Notes under the pieces: model-generated
Told to the model about the DNA's origin: nothing
The model's input: only the letters and a program-made list of their open reading frames with translations
Databases searched by the model: none
Part shown: positions 52,615 through 62,386 of the stretch, one piece after another
Layout of the letters: each line of letters opens with the position of its first letter
Numbering within the stretch: the first letter of the stretch is position 1
From: an uncultured Gemmatimonadota bacterium
GTDB taxonomy: Bacteria > Gemmatimonadota > Gemmatimonadetes > Palauibacterales > Palauibacteraceae
Direction of reading: 5' to 3'
Length of the DNA stretch: 64,000 nt
Assembly (NCBI GenBank): GCA_964518305.1
Contig: CAZFDK010000002.1
Coordinates: 44,392-108,391, forward strand
Made by a program: the position numbers and the translations under genes

Positions 52615-52993
52615 GGCGTGCTCCTTCGGGGAAATGGCTTTACGGGCGGAGCCCGCTCGCCAATCTATGTGGACGCCCCGCGGACGACAGTGCCGGCACC
52701 CTGCCGAGGCGCGACGAGCGGCCCGTGCGGTCCGACGGCCACGAATTTCGCGGCGGGTGCCGTGAGGGGAGAGTCGGGACGCAGCCGCGGGATGGTCGCG
52801 TGGGAGACCGGATCAGACGAATGGGTCGTGGAGGTGCTTCGCTGGTGCTTCCGCCGGGAGGCGAGAACAGGGGTTCCCCTGATGGTCCTATCAGCGGAAT
52901 GGAACTGGCAACAGCTCCCGCCACGCGAGCGGCACGGGAATCCCCGTGCCGCGGACGGCGTTCTCAGGCTCACGTTCTGCCCGAACGAGACCG

Positions 52994-53890
52994 ATGAGCT
53001 TCATCCCCAGTCGAGAAGGCCTGCTCGACCGGATCGAGCGCCTGGCCGAGTACCGGCCGTCCGCCGTCACCCGGCGCGTACTGGGCGTGACGGCTCTGCT
53101 CGTCTTCCTGGTGAGCCTGGGTGTGGCGTTCCGCCACCTCCCCACCCTTGACCTCAGCCCGGAGCTGCTCTTCGTCGTCGCCGCCGGATCCGTCGCGGTC
53201 TTCGGGGTCAACACGGCGGAGCTCCGGATCACGGGCCACCTCTCCCGACGCCGCCTCTCGTGGCCCGACGCGGCCGAGAAGACGCTCTGGGCCACGGCGG
53301 CGAACCTCCTGCCGGTGCCGGGAGGCTCGCTGATCCGACTGCAGGCGGTAGCGGACGGACCGGATGGCTGGTCGAGGGCCACCCGATGCACCCTGGTACC
53401 GAGCACGGGCTGGTTCGCGATCACCTTCCTGACCGCCGGTGCGGCGCTCGCTTACCTGGGAGGGCACGCGCTCGCCCTTGCGGCCGTCGCGCTGGGCCTC
53501 GCCGGTAGCCTGGTCACCTGGTTCCTGATGCCCACGGACCGCACGAATGCGGAGACGGTGATCTCACTCTCGGCCCTGGAATTCGGCTTCGTCGCCGCGA
53601 GCTCGCTGCGGCTGATCGCGCTCTTCGCGGCGCTCGGCCATCCCATCGATCCCCTGTCGGCAGTGGTCCTCACCACCGCCGCCGTGCTGGCGACGGCCGC
53701 CGGCGTCTTCCCGGGCGGACTGGGACTCCGGGAGCTCCTGGCCGCCACCATGGCGCCGCTCCTCGGGATTCCCCCTTCCCTGGCCATCCTGGTGAGTGCA
53801 CTGGACCGCGTCGTGGGACTCGGCACGGTCTCGCTCCTCACCGCCGTCCACCAGGTTCTCGCCCCGGAGATCGAGCCCGCCTCACGGTGA
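52994..53890 (+). CDS. UPF0104 / lysyl-PG-synthase-TM-like (flippase-like) membrane protein
   Basis: Polytopic protein with LLPVPGGSLIRLQ and VFPGGLGLRELL motifs. The start was taken at the internal ATG 52994. Confidence 0.45.
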   Translation: MSFIPSREGLLDRIERLAEYRPSAVTRRVLGVTALLVFLVSLGVAFRHLPTLDLSPELLFVVAAGSVAVFGVNTAELRITGHLSRRRLSWPDAAEKTLWATAANLLPVPGGSLIRLQAVADGPDGWSRATRCTLVPSTGWFAITFLTAGAALAYLGGHALALAAVALGLAGSLVTWFLMPTDRTNAETVISLSALEFGFVAASSLRLIALFAALGHPIDPLSAVVLTTAAVLATAAGVFPGGLGLRELLAATMAPLLGIPPSLAILVSALDRVVGLGTVSLLTAVHQVLAPEIEPASR

Positions 53891-54898
53891 GGACGGGGGC
53901 GCCCCGCCTCCCTCCCACTCGAGGATGGACGTGTCGGTGTCCTCCACCCGCCGTGCGGACCAGCGAGCACCGTCCGGGGTCCGCCCCTGGATCCGGTCGC
54001 CCGTGACGGTGCCCCCCAGGACGAGAGAGGCCCCGTCCGCGCCGAGCAGCGTGATACGCACCTCGGTTCCCTGGACCTGCACGGTGTCCGCCTCCGCGGC
54101 GCCTGCGGTCGAGTTGACCCGCACTTCCCGATAGCGCTGGTCGAGCCGCATCCGCGCGGTGCGACCCTCCGGAAGCGACACCGTCCACGTGCCGCCGACG
54201 TCCGCCGGGACCACCCACCGGTAGAGCTCGGCCGGGCCGCGGATGGGCTCCGTGCCAGGTATGTTCGAGTCCCCGTCCTCCGGGGAACGGAGCGCCGCCA
54301 CCACGGAGTCGAACACCGCCTCCTGCTCCCGCCCTTCCACCGGAGGCACGTCGTCCAGCGAGCGCGTCGATGCACCTTCCCTGCCGGGCACCCGTACCAC
54401 GCTGTCCGGCTGCCACTCCCCCATGTCGAAGTCGTGGGCCACGATCCGGTCGCCGGGCTCGAGCTGCCGCAGGAGCTTCGACCGGAGCTTCCGGTTCATC
54501 TCCGGAAACAGGTAGAGCGTCACGACGGTGGCGGAGCGCAGATCCGTCTCGAAGAGGTCACCCTGGATGAAGCGGACCAGGCTGTCCACCCTCGCCGCCG
54601 CGGCGTTCTTCCGCGCTCGGGAGACGAGATCCGGCTGGATCTCGACGCCCACCCCTTGCGCCCCGTACAGGCGGGCCGCCGTCACGGGGAGCCGGCCGTC
54701 TCCGGAGCCCAGGTCGTAGACGGTGTCCGACCGCGAGACGTCGGCGAGCTGCAGCATTTCCTCCACCGCGTTCATCGGCGTCGGTACGTAGGGGGCCCCC
54801 GGCGCGGTCTCCTGAGAGCAAGCCGCGGACGGCCGGACAAGGCCGACGAAAAAAGCTGCGAGGCACGCGAGCAGGAAGTGCGGGCGCGACGGACTCAT
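53882..54898 (-). CDS. Secreted class I SAM-dependent methyltransferase with a C-terminal beta-rich domain
   Basis: Signal peptide FLLACLAAFFVGLVRPSAA, then VYDLGSGDGRLPVTAA..GVEI (motif I). Confidence 0.6.
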   Translation of the reverse strand: MSPSRPHFLLACLAAFFVGLVRPSAACSQETAPGAPYVPTPMNAVEEMLQLADVSRSDTVYDLGSGDGRLPVTAARLYGAQGVGVEIQPDLVSRARKNAAAARVDSLVRFIQGDLFETDLRSATVVTLYLFPEMNRKLRSKLLRQLEPGDRIVAHDFDMGEWQPDSVVRVPGREGASTRSLDDVPPVEGREQEAVFDSVVAALRSPEDGDSNIPGTEPIRGPAELYRWVVPADVGGTWTVSLPEGRTARMRLDQRYREVRVNSTAGAAEADTVQVQGTEVRITLLGADGASLVLGGTVTGDRIQGRTPDGARWSARRVEDTDTSILEWEGGGAPPSSP

Positions 54899-55011
54899 CG
54901 AAGGGAATCCCCGAGCTGGAGCTGGCGGCCTGCGAACGACGGGGCACGGTACCCGCGAGCCGCGGCATCGTTGGATGGGGCTGGATGGGAGGGCGTCCGG
55001 CCAGCCCGTTC

Positions 55012-55500
55012 TCAGTTGCCGGACTCCTCTTCGGGCATCCGCACGGCGACCACGCGACCGGTGGCGGTGGGCTCCCCCTCGGCATACACGGTCTCACGGA
55101 CGATCACCTTCCGGTCGCTACGATCGACGATTCGTCCGCGCACCTCCAGCTCCGGACCGAGTGGCGTCGGACTCTCGAACTCGACCTGCAGGGAGGCCGT
55201 CACGAAGCGGGGGATCTTCCCCCGGGCGGTGTCGGGGCCGAGGTCGATCCCCTCCGCCCGGGCCGCGGCCAGGGCCGCAGATCCGGTCCCGTGGCAGTCG
55301 ATGAGCGAGGCGATCATTCCGCCATAGACGGTACCGGGCACGGCCGTGTGAAAGGGCTCCGGGGTGAACCGGGCCACGGTCTCCCCCCCGTCCCAGAAGC
55401 TGCGAATCCGGTGACCGTGCTCGTTCAACCGGCCGCAGCCGTAGCAGTGGGCCACGTCGCCCGGGTACAGATCCTGGATGGCCGTCCGCTCGTCGGTCAT
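55012..55500 (-). CDS. PaaI-family hotdog thioesterase
   Basis: CYGCG..N..G..HTAVPGTVYGGMIASLIDCHGTGSAA. Confidence 0.6.
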   Translation of the reverse strand: MTDERTAIQDLYPGDVAHCYGCGRLNEHGHRIRSFWDGGETVARFTPEPFHTAVPGTVYGGMIASLIDCHGTGSAALAAARAEGIDLGPDTARGKIPRFVTASLQVEFESPTPLGPELEVRGRIVDRSDRKVIVRETVYAEGEPTATGRVVAVRMPEEESGN

Positions 55501-55564
55501 GGGGGGAATCCGTGATCGCGGTGAGAATCTCGCGTGCGAGCACCGCCGAAGACGACGGCTCCGA

Positions 55565-56923
55565 TCACTGGCTCGTCATCTCCCGGTCGGCGTGCTCTCC
55601 GGGCTGCGCGCCGCCGAGCACGGCCCAGCCGAGAAGGCCCGAGAGCAGGGAGCCGGCCAGGATGCCCGTCTTCGCGCCGTCCAGGCGCACGCCCTCGAAT
55701 GCCAGGCCGCCGATGAAGATCGACATCGTGAACCCGATCCCGCACAGGCATGCCACCCCGTAGACGTGCCGCCAGGTGACGCGGTCGGGGAGCGTGGCCA
55801 GGCCGACCCGGACGGCGACCCAGGCGAACCCGGCGACCCCCAGCTGCTTGCCGGCGAGCAGGCCGATGAGCACGGCCAGCGTGACCGGAGCTGTGAGCGC
55901 GCCCATCGGGTCCGCTCCGAATCGGACGCCCGCGTTGGCCAGGGCGAAGAGCGGCATCACACCGTAGGTCACCCAGGGGAGCAGCCCGTGCTCCAGCCGC
56001 AGGAGGGGACTGTCGACGCGCTCGGTGCCCACTTCGAGCGAGTGGACGACCTCGTGCTCTTCCTGGGTGGGAACCCGTGCCCCGTGAGCGTCCGTCGCCG
56101 AGAGCCGGTCCAGGAGGGTTCGCGCGCGCTCTACGAAGTCCGTGAGGTCTATGCGCCGTCCCACCGGCACGGCCGCGGCGAGGAGCACGCCGGCCACGGT
56201 GGCGTGAACACCGGACTGGAGCACGGCGATCCACAGGAGCATCCCGGCCGCCCCGTACGCGGAGAGGGCCCGGATCCCGAGCCGGTTCATCCCGATCAGG
56301 ACGATGAAGATGCCCGCGGCCGCGAGGAGGGCCGGAGCCGAGACCTCCGCCGTGAAGAACAGCGCGATCACCAGCACCGCGCCCAGGTCGTCCACGATGG
56401 CCAGGGCGGCCAGGAACACCCGTAGCGCGGAGGGAAGGCCGCGGCCCAGGAGCGCCAGCACTCCGAGGGCGAACGCGATGTCGGTGGCCATCGGTATGGC
56501 CCACCCCGAGGCCGCCTCCCCGCCGCCCGCCACCGCGACGTAGAGGAAGGCGGGCACGACCATTCCGCCGGCCGCGGCGCTCAGCGGCAGGGCGGCCCGG
56601 CGGAGGGAGGCGAGCTCCCCCACCAGGACCTCCCGCTTGATCTCGAGACCGACGAGCAGGAAGAAGGCGGCCATCAGCCCGTCGTTGATCCACAGGAGCA
56701 GCGGCTTCCGGATCCCCACCGGTCCGAGCTCCACGGCCACCGGCGTCCGCCAGAGAGCGAAGTAGGAGGCCGACCAGGGGGAATTCGCCCAGACGAGGGC
56801 CACGACGGCGGCGACCAGCAGGAGAATGCCGCCCGCCGCCTCGAGACGGAAAAATCGCTCGAAGGGGCCGGCGATCAGCGAACGAACGCCCGGATACCGG
56901 GTCGACTGCTCAGTGGACGTCAC
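55565..56923 (-). CDS. nhaA: Na+/H+ antiporter NhaA
   Basis: LLWINDGLMAAFFLLVGLEIKRE..GWAIPMATDIAFALGVL..LAIVDDLGAV. Confidence 0.9.
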   Translation of the reverse strand: MTSTEQSTRYPGVRSLIAGPFERFFRLEAAGGILLLVAAVVALVWANSPWSASYFALWRTPVAVELGPVGIRKPLLLWINDGLMAAFFLLVGLEIKREVLVGELASLRRAALPLSAAAGGMVVPAFLYVAVAGGGEAASGWAIPMATDIAFALGVLALLGRGLPSALRVFLAALAIVDDLGAVLVIALFFTAEVSAPALLAAAGIFIVLIGMNRLGIRALSAYGAAGMLLWIAVLQSGVHATVAGVLLAAAVPVGRRIDLTDFVERARTLLDRLSATDAHGARVPTQEEHEVVHSLEVGTERVDSPLLRLEHGLLPWVTYGVMPLFALANAGVRFGADPMGALTAPVTLAVLIGLLAGKQLGVAGFAWVAVRVGLATLPDRVTWRHVYGVACLCGIGFTMSIFIGGLAFEGVRLDGAKTGILAGSLLSGLLGWAVLGGAQPGEHADREMTSQ

Positions 56924-57021
56924 TCCTTTTCCCCCTCCGTAAGAGCTGCCGGGCCGGGCACTGCCCGCCGTTCACAGCCACGGGGTCGATCCTCCCGGAC
57001 CCCGGCCCCGAAGGATGCGTC

Positions 57022-58059
57022 TCACATGGCGAGCGAGAGCACCAGGAAGCCACCCAGGTACAGGCTGATCATGAGCACGCCCTCCACTCCGATGCGCGCC
57101 GGGCCGACCTCCTGCCGGTGCAGCAGGCCACCGAGGAGCACAAGATTGAGGAGGATCGTCAGGGCCACCAGGAAGATCTCGTGGTCCCCCACGCCCGGAG
57201 CGTGGTAGAGCGACCCCCCGATGAACGCCACATCGGCGGCAGCCACGAAGAGGACGTCGAAGAAGTTGCCCCCGACGATGTCGCTCACCGCCAGCGTGAG
57301 CGCCTCCTCCCGAACCGCCGACACGCTGGTGACCAGCTCGGGCAGGGAGGTGGCGCCGGCCAGGAAGAGTCCTCCGACCACGGCCTCGGGTATGCCCGTG
57401 AGGAGCACCAGGTTCTCCGCCGACTCCTCGATGGCGGCGCCGGCCAGGGCCGTCACCAGGCCCGTCCCGACGACCCCGAGCGACAGCCGCACGATGCTGG
57501 ATGTCTCGTACTCGGGGTCCGGCTCGTCCCGGACGGTCAGCGTGGTCTCCCGCGGCCTCCACATCGGGCGCTCCCTGGTGAGGTAGACCAGCCAGAACGC
57601 GACCCCGGCGAAGCCGACGAGCAGGAACGTGCTCGGATGGATGTGGCCCAGGGTCGCCTCCGGGCCCGCGAACCCGGTCAGGGTCACCGTCAGCAGCAGC
57701 ACCAGGGCGAGGGTCTGGACCAGGTTCGGCGCGGACGCAGCGGCATGCTCCAGGTTGGCCTTCGGGTAGGCGAGGTCCGCCCCGGCCAGTGCCACGGTCT
57801 GAATGGCGATTCCTCCCAGGGCGTTGGAGATGGCCAGCGACGCCCGGCCGTCGAGCGCGGCCACGACGGACGCCGTCAGCCCCGGAAGAGCGGTGATCGC
57901 CCCGAGCATGATGGTGCCGGTGAGGGCTTCGCCCAGGCCCGTCCGGTCGGCCACCCGATCCGCGTATCGCGCGAGCCTGGTCCCGGCCAGCCCGATCGCT
58001 GCCGCGGTGGCGGCGAACACCAGCAACTCGGCCCACAGGGGTAGGGTCCATTCGATCAC
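57022..58059 (-). CDS. CaCA-family sodium/calcium exchanger membrane protein
   Basis: Two alpha-repeat-like segments, GTIMLGAITALPGL..SNALGGIAIQ and GLFLAGATSLPELVTS..SDIVGGNFFD. Confidence 0.65.
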   Translation of the reverse strand: MIEWTLPLWAELLVFAATAAAIGLAGTRLARYADRVADRTGLGEALTGTIMLGAITALPGLTASVVAALDGRASLAISNALGGIAIQTVALAGADLAYPKANLEHAAASAPNLVQTLALVLLLTVTLTGFAGPEATLGHIHPSTFLLVGFAGVAFWLVYLTRERPMWRPRETTLTVRDEPDPEYETSSIVRLSLGVVGTGLVTALAGAAIEESAENLVLLTGIPEAVVGGLFLAGATSLPELVTSVSAVREEALTLAVSDIVGGNFFDVLFVAAADVAFIGGSLYHAPGVGDHEIFLVALTILLNLVLLGGLLHRQEVGPARIGVEGVLMISLYLGGFLVLSLAM

Positions 58060-58196
58060 GACTGCTGCCGATCCCGCCCCCCGTCGATCGGAACGAAGTC
58101 CCGCCCACCGGCTTGTGGCCAGCGCGACGATGGCACAGTTGTCCTGCTTCGAACGGTGATCGACTCCTTCCTCATCCCGAAGCGAGCGCGGGCGGC

Positions 58197-59954
58197 ATGT
58201 CCACGTTCTTCAAATCGGTCGACGATTACCGGTGGAGCGACGCGCGGGGAGACCTGACGGCCGGGCTGACTGTCGGCGTCATGCTCATCCCGCAGGGGAT
58301 GGCGTACGCCGTCCTCGCCGGGGTGGCGCCAATCTACGGCCTGTTCGCGTCGCTCGTCCCTCTCGTCGCTTACCCCTTGCTGGGGACGTCGCGCCACCTG
58401 GCGGTCGGCGTGACCGCGATCTCGATGCTCATCGTCGGGGCCAGCGTCGGGGACCTCGCGCAGGCCGGCACCCCGGAATACGTCACCCTGGCGGTGCTGC
58501 TGGCCGCCATGGTGGGCGTACTCGAGATCGGCATGGGGCTCGCCCGCCTCGGCTTCCTCGCCAACCTGATCTCCCGTCCGGTGATCGCCGGGTTCTCCAC
58601 GGCCGCGGCCCTGATCATCGCCTCCAGCCAGCTCGGCAACCTGCTGGGCCTCGAGCTGGGCCGTTCCGCGCGGATCCACGTCGTGGTGGCCGAGGTCGTC
58701 TCGCACCTCGGCAGCACGCACGCGTCCTCCCTGGCTCTCGGTGCCGGCAGCATCGCCGGAATCGTGGGGATCCAGCGTTGGAGGCCCGGGCTCCCGGCGG
58801 AGCTGATCGTGGTGACGGTCGCCACCGCGCTGGCGTGGAGCCTGGGGCTCGGCGAAGCGGGGGTTCAGCTGGTCGGCGACATCCCCGCCGGCCTGCCCGA
58901 GTTCGCGGTCCCCGACCTGGACATGGACTCGCTGGGTCAGCTCGGATCGACGGCCGTGACCCTGGCGCTGATCCAGTTCATGAGCGTGATTTCCCTGGGG
59001 CGGGTGTTCGCCAACAGGCACCGGTACCTCATCGACCCGAACCGGGAGCTGATGGCCATCGGCGCCAGCAACTTCGTCGGCAGCTTCTTTCAGAGCCTTC
59101 CCGTGTCCGGGAGCTGGTCCCGAACCACGGTCAACGAGCAGGCCGGCGCTCGCAGCGCGCTCTCCAACGTTGCAGCCGCGGCCCTGATCGGCGTGACCCT
59201 CCTCTTCCTGACCCCGCTCTTCAGCTACGTGCCCATGCCGGCGCTGGCCGGTCTCATCGTGGTCGCGGCCGCGGGGCTCGTCGACGTCGCCGAGCTGCGG
59301 TACCTGTACACCGCTCGGGAGAGCGACGGGTACGTGGCGCTCGGCACCTTCGTGACGACGCTCACCTTCGGCATCCAGGAGGGGATCCTGGTCGGCATCG
59401 TGGCGGCGACGCTCGTCCTCCTCTACCGGACGACCAGGCCTCACGTCGCCGAGCTGGGCCACCTGCGCTCCACGCGCTCGTTCCGGAACCCCGAGCGATT
59501 CGGTGAGGCGGAGCTCGTGGAGGGGCTGCTGGTGCTCCGAGTGGAGGCCGGCTTCTCGTTCCTGAACGCCCGGACCCTCCGCAACGTCATCCTGGAGAAG
59601 ATCGAGGAGGAGGACCGCGACGTCCGGGCGGTGGTGATCGACGGCATGAGCATCAACTACCTGGACACGACGGCCGTGGAGGCGCTCCAGGACATCACGA
59701 ACACGCTGGACGGCCGGGGCGTGGACCTCCATTTCGCCGGTCTGACAGGACCGATCCGGGACGTGATCGACGACTCCGGGCTCGGGCTCTGGCTGGGCTC
59801 GGACCACTTCCATATCGACCCCTATCACGCCGTCCTCCACGTCCTGCAGCGATGGGATGCGGAGGAGGGCACGGACCGGGCCGAGGCCTACCGGGAGACG
59901 GTCGAGGAGGAGCGGGAGGACGTGGATCCCACCTCGGAGGCTCGCTACCTCTAG
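58197..59954 (+). CDS. SulP-family anion transporter with a C-terminal STAS domain
   Basis: GDLTAGLTVGVMLIPQGMAYAVLAG..NRELMAIGASNFVGSFFQSLPVSGSWSRT, with STAS VVIDGMSINYLDTTAVEAL. ATG at 58197. Confidence 0.85.
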   Translation: MSTFFKSVDDYRWSDARGDLTAGLTVGVMLIPQGMAYAVLAGVAPIYGLFASLVPLVAYPLLGTSRHLAVGVTAISMLIVGASVGDLAQAGTPEYVTLAVLLAAMVGVLEIGMGLARLGFLANLISRPVIAGFSTAAALIIASSQLGNLLGLELGRSARIHVVVAEVVSHLGSTHASSLALGAGSIAGIVGIQRWRPGLPAELIVVTVATALAWSLGLGEAGVQLVGDIPAGLPEFAVPDLDMDSLGQLGSTAVTLALIQFMSVISLGRVFANRHRYLIDPNRELMAIGASNFVGSFFQSLPVSGSWSRTTVNEQAGARSALSNVAAAALIGVTLLFLTPLFSYVPMPALAGLIVVAAAGLVDVAELRYLYTARESDGYVALGTFVTTLTFGIQEGILVGIVAATLVLLYRTTRPHVAELGHLRSTRSFRNPERFGEAELVEGLLVLRVEAGFSFLNARTLRNVILEKIEEEDRDVRAVVIDGMSINYLDTTAVEALQDITNTLDGRGVDLHFAGLTGPIRDVIDDSGLGLWLGSDHFHIDPYHAVLHVLQRWDAEEGTDRAEAYRETVEEEREDVDPTSEARYL

Positions 59955-60037
59955 CGACGCCCGACACCTTCGCGCCGTCGGATTCGGATCGGCTCAGCCC
60001 CCGTGCCCCGGAGCGGTCAGCCGCCCCGTGCGACCGC

Positions 60038-60490
60038 TCACAGCCACGACTCGATGCGGTCGAGCCGCTCCTGCGGCGAGGTCGCGCCCTCCGGGATCTC
60101 CACGTCCTTGCCGATGCGACGATAGAGGAACTCGGCCTTCTCCCAGCGGGAGCGGGCGACACTGTCGTCGCCGCGGTTCCGAGCGGCGAGCCCGTCGATG
60201 AAGAGAATCTCCGCCGCCGCCCAGAGACGGCCGCCCCCTCCCGGCCCGCCGGACAGGGCCCGCGAGAGAGTGGCCGAATCCATTCGGCGCGCGGTCGTCA
60301 GTTCCACACCGACTCGGGCCGCCGCCGAAGCCAGCTCCTCGTCGAACGCACTCTCCGCGTGCGACGGAGCCCGGTCCATCATTTCCTCCCTGGCGTCCTC
60401 CAGCTCGCCCCCGCCCGCCTCCACGCTCCGCTCCATCTGCTGCAGCCTCTCGGCGAGACGCTGCATTCGCTGGGCTGAAAGTATGACCAC
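60038..60490 (-). CDS. Hypothetical protein
   Basis: The ORF has plausible composition but no recognisable motif. Confidence 0.35.
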   Translation of the reverse strand: MVILSAQRMQRLAERLQQMERSVEAGGGELEDAREEMMDRAPSHAESAFDEELASAAARVGVELTTARRMDSATLSRALSGGPGGGGRLWAAAEILFIDGLAARNRGDDSVARSRWEKAEFLYRRIGKDVEIPEGATSPQERLDRIESWL

Positions 60491-60625
60491 GGTTTCATGG
60501 CGCGGGCGGATTCGAAGAGGCAGCTACACGATGGCGGCAGCGACGGAGTTACGGCAACTGCTGTGGACGGACGTCCTCCGCTCACCTGATCGTCTCGCCG
60601 CCGGCAGCGGCGGGCCAGCCCCCCG

Positions 60626-61006
60626 TCACCGTCCCCGCTCTGACTCCCGCTCCAGGAGGACCTCCACCTCCCGTCGCAGCGCCGAATTCGTTTCGGCGCG
60701 ATCCGCCCTCTCCCGAATGAAATCGAGGAACATCTGCTCCCAGTCGTACATCGGATAGCAGCGCCTGCACTGCTCCACGTGGCACCGGATCTCCTCTTCC
60801 ACCTCGGGATCGAGCTCACCGTCCAGGTATTCATAGGCTCGCTCGATCGCCTCCCGGCAGGAGATCTCGTCCGAACCCTCACAGCCCGAGGTCGCGCTGC
60901 CGGACCCGGTGATCCCCGTCGGCTCCGAAGCCGGCGTCGCGTCGCGTTCTCCGGCGACCCACTGCCGGAATCGATCGAACAGACCTGGCTCCTCTGCGTC
61001 AGTCAT
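60626..61006 (-). CDS. Zinc-binding anti-sigma factor (ZAS / RsrA-like, zf-HC2)
   Basis: CREAIERAYEYLDGELD..IRCHVEQCRRCYPMY (HxxxCxxC). ATG at 61006 preceded by GGGGAGGA. Confidence 0.65.
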   Translation of the reverse strand: MTDAEEPGLFDRFRQWVAGERDATPASEPTGITGSGSATSGCEGSDEISCREAIERAYEYLDGELDPEVEEEIRCHVEQCRRCYPMYDWEQMFLDFIRERADRAETNSALRREVEVLLERESERGR

Positions 61007-61115
61007 CGTCCTCCCCGCCGGGACAGCCCGTGGATCGGGCCATTGGTGTGGCTCGCTCTCGAGCAGTGAACCACCGGCGGCCGGGGCGAAGTTCCCGAGT
61101 CTCCCCTCCCATCGC

Positions 61116-61298
61116 TCAGGCGCCACCGGTCACGACCAGGTACGTGACGACCGCGAGGACGACGACACCGGCCGTCAGCCACAGGAGCAGGCCCTGTCGC
61201 TCGAGATACGCGCCGCACTCCGGGCACTGTCCGTGGTCGCCCGTGATCTCGCCTCCGCAGCCGGGACACTCCTCCTTGTCCGTCTTCCGTCGCTCCAT
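61116..61298 (-). CDS. Small zinc-ribbon membrane protein (60 aa)
   Basis: MERRKTDKEECPGCGGEITGDHGQCPECGAY followed by one TM segment (LLLWLTAGVVVLAVVTYLVV). AGGAGA RBS. Confidence 0.5.
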   Translation of the reverse strand: MERRKTDKEECPGCGGEITGDHGQCPECGAYLERQGLLLWLTAGVVVLAVVTYLVVTGGA

Positions 61299-61618
61299 GG
61301 CCGTTCTCCTGAGCGTGATTCGTCGAAGTCCTCCAGCGCGCTCGCCCCTGTAAGAAACGCGCGTCCGGCATCGTTCCCGGGCGCGGACACCGTTCGCGCT
61401 GCCGCTCCCCGGGCGCCGCCGGCAGCGGCGAGGACTGTTCACCCCGGGGCCCGAACGACTCGCCCCGCCGGGAGGACAGCTCGCGTCACTGCCCGAACGC
61501 CCCGCTCGGGCGTGTCCTTGTACCGGGTGGAGATCGAAGGGGAGGTCCCGACGGACGGGACCGACCCGAAACCACGCGACCACTCCACACGATATTCGAA
61601 TTCAACGAGGAGACGACA

Positions 61619-62185
61619 ATGAGAAACCGAGACAACCAGATGACTTCCAGCCGCACGTTGGGCGCCCTCACCGCCGTCGCCCTGGCCCTCTTCACAGTCG
61701 TCGGCACCGCCATGGCCCAGCCGCACGAAGCGTCCGGTACCGAGGCCGAGCTGCCGAACGAGGCCCCCGTCGAGGCGATGCCGATGACGGCGGCCGAGGT
61801 GCCGCTCTCGGACTGGGACGAGCTGGCCGATCGACGCTCCGAGGCGGCCGAGAAGCTCCGGCCCTGGGAGCACGCCAGCCGCGCCGATCACCTCTGGAAG
61901 GCCGCCCATCTCCACCTGCACGGGGGCGAGGAGCTGCAGGCCTACCGGAAGTTCCGGGGTGCCGCCGACGCGGCGCTGGACGCCGGGCGCGTCTTCCAGT
62001 CCGCGCAGGCCAACCTCCGCGCAGCGCGGCTGGCTGCGGAGCTGGCACGCACGGACGAGGCGGAGCAGCTCCTGGACCGCGTCCGCGAGCTCAGGGACGC
62101 CCCGGAGCTGAACCGGAGCCAGAGGCGCCTGCTCACCGTCGAGGTCGACCGCTACTTCGGGCTCGAGGGCCCGGTCGCAGGGTAG
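61619..62185 (+). CDS. Secreted hypothetical protein (alpha-helical)
   Basis: Signal peptide LGALTAVALALFTVVGTAMA-QP. An alternative start lies at 61640. Confidence 0.5.
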   Translation: MRNRDNQMTSSRTLGALTAVALALFTVVGTAMAQPHEASGTEAELPNEAPVEAMPMTAAEVPLSDWDELADRRSEAAEKLRPWEHASRADHLWKAAHLHLHGGEELQAYRKFRGAADAALDAGRVFQSAQANLRAARLAAELARTDEAEQLLDRVRELRDAPELNRSQRRLLTVEVDRYFGLEGPVAG

Positions 62186-62227
62186 GGCCGCTCTCAGACG
62201 AGGGGCGACCCGCCCCGGCCCGCGCCC

Positions 62228-62268
62228 GCACCGACTCCGGGCGCCGGGTCGGGGCGTTTTCCTTTTAT
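62228..62268 (+). terminator. Rho-independent terminator
   Basis: A GC-rich hairpin CCGACTCCGG-GCG-CCGGGTCGG followed by GGCGTTTTCCTTTTATC, 45 nt after the stop at 62185. Confidence 0.6.
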
Positions 62269-62386
62269 CTTTCGTTCACCTTCCGTTCACCCGCTCCGGT
62301 TCCCGTGTCCGCGGAAACATCGGCTCCCCATTCGCGGTTGATGGGCTGCGTGCGCGAGACCGAGCCCGACGAGCACGGAGGTCGCC

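Noticed and set aside
52780-52960. Riboswitch-like fragments: GGGTCGTG..CCGCCGGGAGG (ZTP-like), GGGAGACCGG and CAGCTCCCGCCAC (cobalamin-like), and GGGACGCAGCC (c-di-GMP-I-like)
   Set aside because: The spacing and order of the elements do not fit the known consensus architectures. The ZTP subdomain is far too short, the B12-box-like element precedes the core instead of following it, and no GNRA/receptor pair is present. Such matches are expected by chance in GC-rich sequence. This needs cmscan.
49852-53151. 1099-aa plus-strand ORF
   Set aside because: It is antisense to the M14 peptidase gene, which has a signal peptide, catalytic motifs and an RBS. The composition is shadow-like.
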